Shown here one piece after another: positions 8,495-15,953 of a stretch of DNA of 20,000 nucleotides. Origin of the DNA: an uncultured virus (IMG/VR IMGVR_UViG_3300028805_000115) (lineage: Duplodnaviria > Heunggongvirae > Uroviricota > Caudoviricetes); the IMG/VR virus record IMGVR_UViG_3300028805_000115; one strand, 5' to 3'. The number at the start of each line of letters is the position of its first letter. Positions within the stretch are counted from its first letter, which is position 1. The notes under the pieces were generated by a model. It searched no databases, was not told the origin of the DNA, and saw only the letters and a program-made list of their open reading frames with translations. The translations under genes were made by a program, and so were the position numbers.

Positions 8495-9251
8495 TTTTTA
8501 TTTCCTCTCTAAATTGTATCTTATCTACCTTCTTGCGCTCATCATCGTAAGTATCAAAATTTGATTTTGATTTACTCTTGCAATCATACTTGCCCTCAAG
8601 TATGCTGATAAACTTATCCTCACGTAGAATGAAATCAATATCAGCTTTCCAACCTCTATCATTCTTTCCTGTAAGAAAACTCGATTTCTGCGCTTTCGTA
8701 AACACTGCTTTGATATCTTCAAGTGAATATCTCTTTATCAGCTTCTTTATAGCTTTCTCTCTTTTCTCTGTAAGCTTTACGCATTTAGGTAAATCAGTGC
8801 ATATTTGGTGGTATAATTCTACGAAGGTATAAATTTCAGAATCCGTTTTTTCACTCTTAGCATTAATAGATTTATCTATTAATGCCTTTTTATTACTTGT
8901 TTTATTGCTTATATTATTAGCTCGTAAAATCTGCGATTCAGCATCGTAAATTTTATCATTCTGCTTAGTAAATTTTACTACTCTGCTTAGTACAGATAAA
9001 GTTCTATGTCTCCCATCAAAGTTCAAAACTCTGATGTATTCAAGCTCTGTTAGATGTCTTATAGCTTTAGATACTGCGCTTTCACTACAATTACAAAACT
9101 GCGCGAAATAATCATTTCCAGCTGTACAATGATTTTCATTATCCAAACTGTCTATCTCGGTATATATTACTTTTTCAAGCATTGACAGCTCATTATTAAG
9201 CCAAATCTCTTTTGGTATCCACACACCCTTAAAGTCTCGTTGTTCTTGCAT
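8472..9251 (-). CDS. Phage replication initiator / replisome organiser (N-terminal winged HTH)
   Basis: FKGVWIPKEIW...EIDSL...C-A-N-YFA...SESAVSKAIRHL wHTH; C-terminal FLTGKNDRGWKADIDFI...ILEGKY; RBS AAGGAG; upstream of the loader. Confidence 0.88.
   Translation of the reverse strand: MQEQRDFKGVWIPKEIWLNNELSMLEKVIYTEIDSLDNENHCTAGNDYFAQFCNCSESAVSKAIRHLTELEYIRVLNFDGRHRTLSVLSRVVKFTKQNDKIYDAESQILRANNISNKTSNKKALIDKSINAKSEKTDSEIYTFVELYHQICTDLPKCVKLTEKREKAIKKLIKRYSLEDIKAVFTKAQKSSFLTGKNDRGWKADIDFILREDKFISILEGKYDCKSKSKSNFDTYDDERKKVDKIQFREEIKNGKSEKF
8860..8992. repeat. Putative replication origin inside the initiator gene: ~22-bp iterons, AT-rich tract and palindrome
   Basis: GCATCGTAAATTTTATCATTCT (8941-8962), GCTTAGTAAATTTTACTACTCT (8963-8984), partial copies at 8920-8940 and 8985-8992; AT-rich 8886-8919; GCATTAATAGAT-TT-ATCTATTAATGC (8860-8885). 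Confidence 0.7.
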
Positions 9252-9267
9252 GATTTATAACTCCTTC

Positions 9268-9441
9268 TCAGAAAAAGTAAAAAGTACAAATTCTTCATCG
9301 CTCCCACACGATGTTGAATTTGTACTTTGTCGGGGTCAAGTACGCTTCTCTTGAATATGAGGTCTCATATACAGCGACAACTGTGGGAGAAGCCGTCACT
9401 TGACCTATTTGTTTAGCATATAACAGTTCAATCACTGTCAT
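9268..9441 (-). ncRNA. Structured cis-regulatory leader RNA (multibranch stem plus terminator-like hairpin with long-range pairings) upstream of the initiator
   Basis: GGUCAAGU/ACUUGACC, GCUUCUC/GAGAAGC, ACAG/CUGU and AUAUGA/UCAUAU stems; AAAGUACAAAUUC/GAAUUUGUACUUU hairpin plus U-tract; CUCCCACA/UGUGGGAG and UUGUCG/CGACAA complementarities. Confidence 0.75.
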
Positions 9442-9447
9442 AATAGT

Positions 9448-9476
9448 AGTATAACATGTTTATTTCAGATTGTCAA
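9448..9476 (-). promoter_or_regulatory. Sigma-A/70 promoter P3 for the replication operon
   Basis: TTGACA (9476-9471), 17 bp, TATACT (9453-9448), with extended -10 TG. Confidence 0.85.
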
Positions 9477-9479
9477 CAA

Positions 9480-9752
9480 CTATTTAAAAGTTCTTGAAAT
9501 ATCTTCAATCTGATTATCACACTCAGCATTTACAGTATCCCATAAAAGCTGTCTTTCTTTCTCGATATCTACTCCTGTAACGTCAGGAATCGCTCTTTCC
9601 TCATGATATTCTACTGTAAAGTAGTTATCCTTTATCTTTACGCTTGCACGACTCGTGGCCGCGATTACCGTGATTTTGGCAATGCTTTCGTAAGCTTTCT
9701 CTTTTGCTTTCGTAGTCTTTGTTGTTACTTTCTTTGTTGTTTTAGTCGGCAT
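9480..9752 (-). CDS. Hypothetical protein
   Basis: 90-aa ORF, Lys/Thr-rich N-terminus, tightly packed in the operon. Confidence 0.75.
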   Translation of the reverse strand: MPTKTTKKVTTKTTKAKEKAYESIAKITVIAATSRASVKIKDNYFTVEYHEERAIPDVTGVDIEKERQLLWDTVNAECDNQIEDISRTFK

Positions 9753-9756
9753 GATA

Positions 9757-10161
9757 TCACCCCTTTTTCTTTGTGATTTTAAGACTTACTGTAACAGATT
9801 TATCTTTACAGCTCGCCATCTTCTCTACAAAGTCAGGACCCATCAGATTGTGATAGATAGCGTTCTCAAGCGCGTTTTCATCAACCTGCTCTACAGTCTT
9901 AATTAATCCTAACTCTTTAAGCTGTTTCTTGCTAAAAGTGCTGTGAAGCAAATATAACAGCTTTTCCTCATCCATGCTCTCTCGAACAGATTCTATGTAG
10001 TTAGCTGTATAACCGTCAGTTTCGTACTTTTTAAGACCTGCACTTGCCATGATATCTTTGATTTCTGCGTTTTCGGAGTCACATACTTTCTTTAATTCGC
10101 CGGCTTCAGCTTTGTGCATTGCAAGCTGTGGTATAAGTTCATCCAACTTCTGTGTACTCAT
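9757..10161 (-). CDS. Hypothetical protein (helical; loosely Gam/gp157-like)
   Basis: 134-aa ORF, RBS AAGGAGG; N-terminal coiled coil; family assignment tentative. Confidence 0.7.
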   Translation of the reverse strand: MSTQKLDELIPQLAMHKAEAGELKKVCDSENAEIKDIMASAGLKKYETDGYTANYIESVRESMDEEKLLYLLHSTFSKKQLKELGLIKTVEQVDENALENAIYHNLMGPDFVEKMASCKDKSVTVSLKITKKKG

Positions 10162-10171
10162 GATATCCTCC

Positions 10172-10429
10172 TTATAATGGTAAAGTTAAATCGATGTTCT
10201 CAATCTCAGCACGAACTTCCAGTATGTGCAAATATTTACCCATAGCTCTTGCTTGCTTCTGTAACAGCTCAAGACTGCATACAGGCTCGAATCCAAGTGT
10301 CCCTGCTTCCATCTTTATGATGGTCGAATGTAATTTGTTATACCTGATTTTTGTCTGATGATATTCTGCACGAAATCTTTCTTTGTAGTTGTCGGATGTC
10401 ATCGCATCCACTGTGTTTGCTAATTCCAT
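10172..10429 (-). CDS. Conserved phage helical-hairpin protein (crAss001_48-like)
   Basis: YKERFRAEYHQTKIRYNKL...C-LELLQKQARAMGKYLHILEVRAEIENIDL pattern recalled from that family; RBS AAGGAG. Confidence 0.65.
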   Translation of the reverse strand: MELANTVDAMTSDNYKERFRAEYHQTKIRYNKLHSTIIKMEAGTLGFEPVCSLELLQKQARAMGKYLHILEVRAEIENIDLTLPL

Positions 10430-10432
10430 TTT

Positions 10433-10711
10433 TTACTCTCCTTTTTTAACATACTTTTGTGTTACTGCACCCATAGCTCCGTTACGACCGATGGGTATCT
10501 TCTCTTTAAATTCTTTGACTTTCCAGATGTCACTGAATTTCCAGCTTCTTGTACCTCTTGCATGGTCCTGCTCAAAGTCAGGAAGAAGCTTTGACAGCTC
10601 ATGGTCAGGCTCTGCCTGTTTGAATGCATACCAGTTATTGATTGTCTTAACAGATACACCAACTGACAGCGCAAGCTCCTCTACTTTGATGCGTCTTTCT
10701 TTAGTTGCCAT
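10433..10711 (-). CDS. HTH (MerR/Xis-like) DNA-binding protein
   Basis: IKVEELALSVGVSVKTINNWY helix-turn-helix plus R-W wing; ATG at 10711 after AAGGAGG. Confidence 0.75.
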   Translation of the reverse strand: MATKERRIKVEELALSVGVSVKTINNWYAFKQAEPDHELSKLLPDFEQDHARGTRSWKFSDIWKVKEFKEKIPIGRNGAMGAVTQKYVKKGE

Positions 10712-10748
10712 ATTGATTCCTCCTTTCTTAAACATTTACTTTAAACAT

Positions 10749-10777
10749 AACATAACACATTTAAAATGCGCTGTCAA
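10749..10777 (-). promoter_or_regulatory. Sigma-A/70 promoter P4
   Basis: TTGACA (10777-10772), 17 bp, TATGTT with extended -10 TG. Confidence 0.7.
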
Positions 10778-10794
10778 TCTCTTTTTTAACTGTC

Positions 10795-12468
10795 TCACGA
10801 CAGGAGGAAGTCAATGACTTCCTCTTTGTTGACAGTAAGCTTACCATCTACAAGCATATCTGCCATCGCGCCTTTCTTGTAAACAAGCTGATGTATTCTC
10901 TCATCGATGGTGTTCTTTGCAAGCAATGTATAGATTGTTACGTTCTCTTTTGTACCAACTCTGTGGCATCTATCTTCTGCTTGCTCTTTGTTAGCTCTGT
11001 TCCAAGGCTCATCCATGAAGATTTCTACTGTGCCAGCTGTAAGTGTTAAGCCTGTTCCCATCGCTCCTGTCGTTCCGATGATGACTTTACACTTGGGATT
11101 GTTCTGGAACTCATTCTTTGCTGTCTCTCGCGCTTCAGCATTAAGCTCTCCTGTGATTGATACACAGTAATATTTCTTTTCAAGTCTCTCACGTATCGGT
11201 GTTGTCATCTGTGTCCAGTTGCTGAAGATGACAACTTTCTTACCGTTTGCTACAGCTTCTTCAACAAGCTCTTCCATTCTGTCAAGCTTTGCGCTTTCTC
11301 TGATACTGCTTGAAAGAATGCCGGTGTAACCAGTCGCCTGTCTCATTCTGATTAACTCAGCAAGTGGATTACTTGCTTTCTTTATCTGGTCGATGTTTGC
11401 TTGTATATCTGCTGTGACTTCTTTGTAAATCTGTAACTGCTTGGGTGTAAGCTCGACAAACTCATCAATATAAAGCTTTTCAGGAAGGTCAAGCACATCA
11501 CTCTTTAAACGTCTCAGCATGATTTCATTAAGTCTCTCGCTAAGCTCATCAAGATTCTTGTAACCGATGATTTCATATCCGCCGTATCCACCATATTCAC
11601 AATAGTGCTTTTTGAAGCTGTAGAATGCATGACTCTCATATCCTAACCACTTCAGTATGATGAACAAGTCAATGGGCTGATTCATAACGGGTGTACCTGT
11701 CATCGCGATTCTTACCTTAGGCTCAAGCTTTAACAGTGCTTTGCCCTGCTGACTTGTAGGGTCTTTGCATTTATGTACTTCATCAACAGCGATGATACCA
11801 ATCTTGCCTGATTTGCAAAGCTCGCTTATCTTAGTCTGTATTGACTCATCGCGGATGCTCTCTATGTTTGTGATAATGAAATAGCTGTCTATGTTATCGA
11901 TGTTCTCTAAATCTGCTAACTTCTCTTTGTTACCCTTGATTTTACCATTTCTGTTACCAAGTATGTATCCTGTCTCGTTGCTGTGAATGCTTATCTCATT
12001 CTGCCAGTTGTACTTCAGACCGTTGACACAACAGATAATCAAGCACTTTTTGATTTTGTACTGAAGCTTTTTAGCTACTGCGATGTCAATTACTTGCTTT
12101 GTCTTACCAAGTCCCTGCTCATCAGCAAGCAACCATCTGTCGTGATTCAAGCCATAATTGAAACCATCTATCTGATGCTCAAAGGGTTTTGTTTTGAACT
12201 GAAATCCGTCGGGCATCTTAACTTCCTGCTTTGTCAGTGATACATACTCATTAGCGTTAATCTCGATTTCAAAGTCTGAAGCTTTCTCAATGAACTCAGC
12301 AAGCTTATTGAATGGAAGCTCCCACTCTTTGTTCTTAGCGTCCCAATGCTTCATCGGAAAGCTTCTCACTGCATCAACAAGTGACTGATTGTAAGGAAAC
12401 GAAATAAACAAGCTGTTATCATCTATGCCGACATTTTCTCTCTTGCGAATATCGATTTTTACTGTCAT
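10795..12468 (-). CDS. SNF2-family helicase/ATPase with N-terminal HARP-like domain
   Basis: DEQGLGKT, DEVH, MTGTP, MLRRLK, GTGLTLT, QAEDRCHRVG; N-terminal ISFPYN...WDAKNKEWELP; ATG at 12468 after AAGGAG. Confidence 0.92.
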   Translation of the reverse strand: MTVKIDIRKRENVGIDDNSLFISFPYNQSLVDAVRSFPMKHWDAKNKEWELPFNKLAEFIEKASDFEIEINANEYVSLTKQEVKMPDGFQFKTKPFEHQIDGFNYGLNHDRWLLADEQGLGKTKQVIDIAVAKKLQYKIKKCLIICCVNGLKYNWQNEISIHSNETGYILGNRNGKIKGNKEKLADLENIDNIDSYFIITNIESIRDESIQTKISELCKSGKIGIIAVDEVHKCKDPTSQQGKALLKLEPKVRIAMTGTPVMNQPIDLFIILKWLGYESHAFYSFKKHYCEYGGYGGYEIIGYKNLDELSERLNEIMLRRLKSDVLDLPEKLYIDEFVELTPKQLQIYKEVTADIQANIDQIKKASNPLAELIRMRQATGYTGILSSSIRESAKLDRMEELVEEAVANGKKVVIFSNWTQMTTPIRERLEKKYYCVSITGELNAEARETAKNEFQNNPKCKVIIGTTGAMGTGLTLTAGTVEIFMDEPWNRANKEQAEDRCHRVGTKENVTIYTLLAKNTIDERIHQLVYKKGAMADMLVDGKLTVNKEEVIDFLLS

Positions 12469-12511
12469 ACGTTTGCTCCTTTCAAGTGTCTTATCTCTCA
12501 TCGACAAGAAC

Positions 12512-12540
12512 ATTATATAACACGTTTAATCATTTGTCAA
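12512..12540 (-). promoter_or_regulatory. Sigma-A/70 consensus promoter P5
   Basis: TTGACA (12540-12535), 17 bp, TATAAT (12517-12512); A-tract UP element. Confidence 0.9.
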
Positions 12541-12892
12541 CACTTTTTTGAAAAAATTTTTGTAAATCGTCCAAAGTCTTGTAAATATGCGCTCTTTCAT
12601 CAGCTGAATGGGTTGAAATGTGCAATGCAATTATAAATTCTTTTATCTCTTTGCACAAATCACGCATCAGATTTACAACAGCTCTTTCTCCTGCATTTCC
12701 AAGCTCATATTCGCGTTTTATGTTCGCGTATGAAGAATATGTCGGCAAAATATCTAAAAGCTCTTTTTGAGTGCTTTCCGTGCGTTGTAGATGGTCTCTG
12801 ACAATGTATAAAGATGCTAACTTCTGGCATGAGTCATAAGAGTTATCCTGTAACAGTCTTTTTATCTCGTTGTTTATATCATCTGTATTCAT
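12530..12892 (-). CDS. Hypothetical helical protein, last gene of the accessory cassette
   Basis: 120-aa ORF, RBS GGGAGG; CQKLASLYIVRDHL motif. Confidence 0.8.
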   Translation of the reverse strand: MNTDDINNEIKRLLQDNSYDSCQKLASLYIVRDHLQRTESTQKELLDILPTYSSYANIKREYELGNAGERAVVNLMRDLCKEIKEFIIALHISTHSADERAHIYKTLDDLQKFFQKSVDK

Positions 12893-12903
12893 ATATCCTC
12901 CCT

Positions 12904-12934
12904 AAAAAAGGCACCTCATCTCTGAAGTGCCTTT
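12904..12934 (-). terminator. Rho-independent terminator
   Basis: AAAGGCACUUCA-GAGA-UGAGGUGCCUUUUUU; GNRA loop, G-U pair specific to the minus strand, U6 tail. Confidence 0.85.
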
Positions 12935-12938
12935 AAAA

Positions 12939-13493
12939 TTATTTAATCTTCATGATGCAGTCTTTAATCGCCTGTCGTTCATGTTCGCTCATGGTATCAT
13001 CCATCAGTGTCTCTAACTTCTGTACCATCTTCTTTCTGGAAGCGTCTCTGCTATATTCGTTGGAATTTCCTTCTGCATTTGACCATCCTCTATCCTGACT
13101 ATTACGAAAGTTATCTCTGCTTTCGTTATATCGTCCGTCGCCATCTCCGTCTCGACCTCTACGTGCATTTGACTGCCCCTCATAAGAGTTGTTAGACTGA
13201 CCGTCATATGTATTTCCCATCCAAGGTCTCATGTTAGATGTGCCTTCCATTGAATAAGGATATCTGGCATTGGACATACCGCCAAAACTGTAATCCATGC
13301 TCTGTCCGCCATCTTTCATCCTATCTTCCATTTCGTGCTTTTCAATACACTTGTCAACCACTTTAAGTGAAGATGTAAGTTTGTACAGATTATCCAGACT
13401 ATCCTTATTTAAGTCATGTTTTCTTTCGATTTCTCCAATCTCCCGTTCAAGCATATCACGGAGATTTTCATACATTTGAATTTTGTGTCCCAT
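12939..13493 (-). CDS. Hypothetical protein: helical ends with a central G/S/N/Y/R low-complexity region
   Basis: 184 aa; (S/T)-x-(E/D)-G-x-SN repeats; RRGRDGDGDGRY; RBS AAAGGAG. Confidence 0.85.
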   Translation of the reverse strand: MGHKIQMYENLRDMLEREIGEIERKHDLNKDSLDNLYKLTSSLKVVDKCIEKHEMEDRMKDGGQSMDYSFGGMSNARYPYSMEGTSNMRPWMGNTYDGQSNNSYEGQSNARRGRDGDGDGRYNESRDNFRNSQDRGWSNAEGNSNEYSRDASRKKMVQKLETLMDDTMSEHERQAIKDCIMKIK

Positions 13494-13506
13494 AATATTC
13501 TCCTTT

Positions 13507-13974
13507 CTATGCTATTCTTGATACTGTCATATTAGCGTTCTGAACTAATATAGCAGGTGCCGGGTCAGTGGGTGTTGCGCCCTCAGAAGTATTCTCTGCT
13601 GAAACATTGAAGCAACATCCCCTTGGTACATCGATTGTAGCGGTACTTGTTACATTAAAGAAATTCTCCTGTGTTGGAGGTTCTGTGGCAACTTCCGCGG
13701 GTGTTACTATTGCTCTGCTTGTTAAGATGGGTTCACCATCCAATGCTAAAGCAACACTGATGGGACCTGCTGTACCTGTAGAAGGTACAGCAATATTCCC
13801 ATTAAATGTCACCTGATAACGTGCAAAACAATTATTCGTAATACCACGGAGAGTTACAATACCACTTCCGTTTCTGTGGTATACATAACCTTTATTACAT
13901 CCAATACGTGTATTGAGTGTAACAGGCTGATTAGCAAGTACAGTCTGTACTTCGTTTTTTGTAAACTCCGCCAT
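13507..13974 (-). CDS. Beta-sandwich protein, possibly BclA-C/C1q-like
   Basis: 155 aa; alternating beta pattern (VQTV...VTL, G-VTL-G, YQVTFNGNI, ISVALALDGEP, ANMTVSRIA); RBS AAGGAGG; fold is inferred. Confidence 0.7.
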   Translation of the reverse strand: MAEFTKNEVQTVLANQPVTLNTRIGCNKGYVYHRNGSGIVTLRGITNNCFARYQVTFNGNIAVPSTGTAGPISVALALDGEPILTSRAIVTPAEVATEPPTQENFFNVTSTATIDVPRGCCFNVSAENTSEGATPTDPAPAILVQNANMTVSRIA

Positions 13975-13987
13975 AGCTTATACCTCC

Positions 13988-14857
13988 TTAGAAATTGCCA
14001 TTACCGCATCCACAGCCACATCCGCCAATGTTGTTATTTGACAGATTGGTAGCGCAAGTGAAAATAGGTGAACGGCCGAAAACGGGAGTAGTGTCTACGG
14101 GACAGGTGGCAAGGCGGTTATAAATACCGTCTACGATTCTCTGGTCCTGAGCAATCTGTGAAGCCTGACCTCTTGCGTACAAGTTCTCCTGACGGAGCTG
14201 TGCGATTTCATCATTCTTAGCATCAATCTTGTCCTGGTATCTCTGGTCGCTCATAGCTTTAAAGCCGTCATTGATAGCATTAAGGATAGCCTGAGTGTTC
14301 TGAGTATCAGTTGCTCTTGTTGAGCAAGCTTCTGTAGCAATGGTGTACTTCACATCATTTGTTGCAAGTCTGTTTTCACAGCAACAGTCAGCTAACTTAG
14401 ACTGGACACCATTAAAACCAGCATTCATTGCGGTCAGCTGATTAAAAGCAGTCTGCATATTTGCCATCTGGCGTGCATTAGCACCCTGCTCAACACCAGC
14501 AAAACCATTAGCAATAGCCATCTGAGTGCTGTTAAATCCATTACAAAGCTGAGTTGAAATATCAGCAATGTTGTCTCTGATGCCGTTTATACCATCATTG
14601 AGCATTGCATCACGGAAACCATTGTTGGTGTTAGCGTTGATGTTATTCTGTCCGTTGAGTAACCAAGGGAAGTCATATCCTAACTGTGCTCCTCCGAAAC
14701 CGCCGAAGCCTCCGCCCCAACCTCCGTTGCAACAAAGCAGTAAAAGTATGAGCCACCAGCCATCACCGCCGAATCCTCCACCCATACTACCTGAATATGC
14801 AGGACCTACGGGCATGTAGAAGCCATTGCCTACGCCATTTTCCATTGAAAGTGACAT
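13988..14857 (-). CDS. Gly-rich membrane-segment plus Asn/Gln coiled-coil protein with CCC and C-terminal GCGCGC
   Basis: 289 aa; GGFGGDGWWLILLLLCCNGGWGGGFGG; LADCCCENRLA; IDAKNDEIAQLR; RBS AGGAGG. Confidence 0.88.
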   Translation of the reverse strand: MSLSMENGVGNGFYMPVGPAYSGSMGGGFGGDGWWLILLLLCCNGGWGGGFGGFGGAQLGYDFPWLLNGQNNINANTNNGFRDAMLNDGINGIRDNIADISTQLCNGFNSTQMAIANGFAGVEQGANARQMANMQTAFNQLTAMNAGFNGVQSKLADCCCENRLATNDVKYTIATEACSTRATDTQNTQAILNAINDGFKAMSDQRYQDKIDAKNDEIAQLRQENLYARGQASQIAQDQRIVDGIYNRLATCPVDTTPVFGRSPIFTCATNLSNNNIGGCGCGCGNGNF

Positions 14858-14888
14858 AATTTTTTCCTCCTATAAATTTTTTAGGTTA

Positions 14889-14942
14889 ATGACTACTTCA
14901 AGATGTAGTCGTCTATAACAAAAGTCCTGCGCACTGACTTTT
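14889..14942 (-). promoter_or_regulatory. Two tandem hairpins in the leader of the 289-aa gene, one with a TGCGCA palindrome in its loop
   Basis: AAAAGUC-AGUGCGCAG-GACUUUU (14942-14920); GACUAC-AUCUUGAA-GUAGUC (14910-14891). Confidence 0.6.
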
Positions 14943-14943
14943 A

Positions 14944-15162
14944 TCATCTAAATAGATTCTGAATTTGTGGGTTATTTCTCATCTGCATGGCAGTATTTAC
15001 CTGCTGTTGAGATACCTGACCTGTATTCAATAAATGTTGTACTATATCCTGAGGCTGATTAATATTTTGAGGTATATTGTATCTACTGGATACTATTTGC
15101 ATAGGATTCTGTTTGAACTGTGCTATCATCTGTAACATATTAGCATTCACCAATTCTACCAT
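14944..15162 (-). CDS. Small Gln/Asn-rich helical protein (start uncertain, 15162 or 15138)
   Basis: MLQMIAQFKQNPMQ...PQDIVQHLLNTGQVSQQQVN. Confidence 0.8.
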   Translation of the reverse strand: MVELVNANMLQMIAQFKQNPMQIVSSRYNIPQNINQPQDIVQHLLNTGQVSQQQVNTAMQMRNNPQIQNLFR

Positions 15163-15553
15163 CTCCCTCCGGTCTTTTTCGGTTGTCACCCTTTAGGGCA
15201 AGTATCTCTTCCTGTAAATCCATCACTTTATTTACCAGGTCCGCCAAATCATTCTTGAGGGCATATTTGTTGGCATCCATTGCCGGTAACGTCTTTTCAT
15301 CCGTTTCTTCCTTTATCAATTTATATCTCTCAAAAACAGGTGTATCAAATTGATTGAACCCCATTGTCTTTGTATAGATATAGGGTTTATTTTCGTCTTT
15401 GAATATTACAGAGTATCCGGGTCCAACAGGATACATTCTGGCTTCATTCTCATTTCGAACACTTAAAAGAGTGCCTGTTTGAATAGTTTGCTGTTGTGCG
15501 GCCTGTTGCTGTTGATAATAAGGTTGATAAGACTGCTGATAATAATTATTCAT
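15140..15553 (-). CDS. Hypothetical protein with Q/Y-rich N-terminus and C-terminal coiled coil
   Basis: MNNYYQQSYQPYYQQQQAAQQQ; EARMYPVGPG...YIYTK; starts immediately after the upstream stop; RBS AAGGAGG. Confidence 0.85.
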   Translation of the reverse strand: MNNYYQQSYQPYYQQQQAAQQQTIQTGTLLSVRNENEARMYPVGPGYSVIFKDENKPYIYTKTMGFNQFDTPVFERYKLIKEETDEKTLPAMDANKYALKNDLADLVNKVMDLQEEILALKGDNRKRPEGDGRIGEC

Positions 15554-15934
15554 TTATACCTCCTTTTTCCAATAGTAAATTGGAATTTCATTTCCACTAT
15601 CCCAGGTGTCAAAGTAATTTCCGTCTTTGACAGCTACTACATGTGTACCAGTCGCTAAAAGATATTCACCCTGTGGATAGTCTCTTGTAAAATCTTTTAT
15701 TGTATAACAATCAGGACAGGTGTTAGGGATTGCTCTACGTTGAAAACCATTTTGATGTAAATACGCTCCCCAAACTGCATTAGAAGATGGCATGTCGTGC
15801 ATCATGAATCCTTGTAGAACTACGTTCATATACGCTGTTTCCCAATCCTGCTTCATCAACAGACTTATTCCACGTATCACGCAATCTCCCGTCAGATTGT
15901 TTGATGGATTTGGATTGATGTAGATGTACGCCAT
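15554..15934 (-). CDS. Putative papain-like/C39-like cysteine peptidase-fold protein
   Basis: YINPNP...GDCVIR (Cys), THVVAVKDG (His), YFDTWDS (Asp) in papain-like order; function inferred. Confidence 0.65.
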   Translation of the reverse strand: MAYIYINPNPSNNLTGDCVIRGISLLMKQDWETAYMNVVLQGFMMHDMPSSNAVWGAYLHQNGFQRRAIPNTCPDCYTIKDFTRDYPQGEYLLATGTHVVAVKDGNYFDTWDSGNEIPIYYWKKEV

Positions 15935-15953
15935 CTTTCTCACCCGCCTTTAA

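Noticed and set aside
9334..9405. tRNA or known metabolite riboswitch
   Set aside because: Multibranched, but lacks T-loop/D-loop consensus and a 7-nt anticodon loop; I recognise no SAM, TPP, FMN, purine, c-di-GMP or T-box signature
3800..12560. Repeats as a CRISPR array or IS ends
   Set aside because: Dispersed, degenerate, and each coincides with a -35/-10 promoter; no regular spacers, cas genes or transposase
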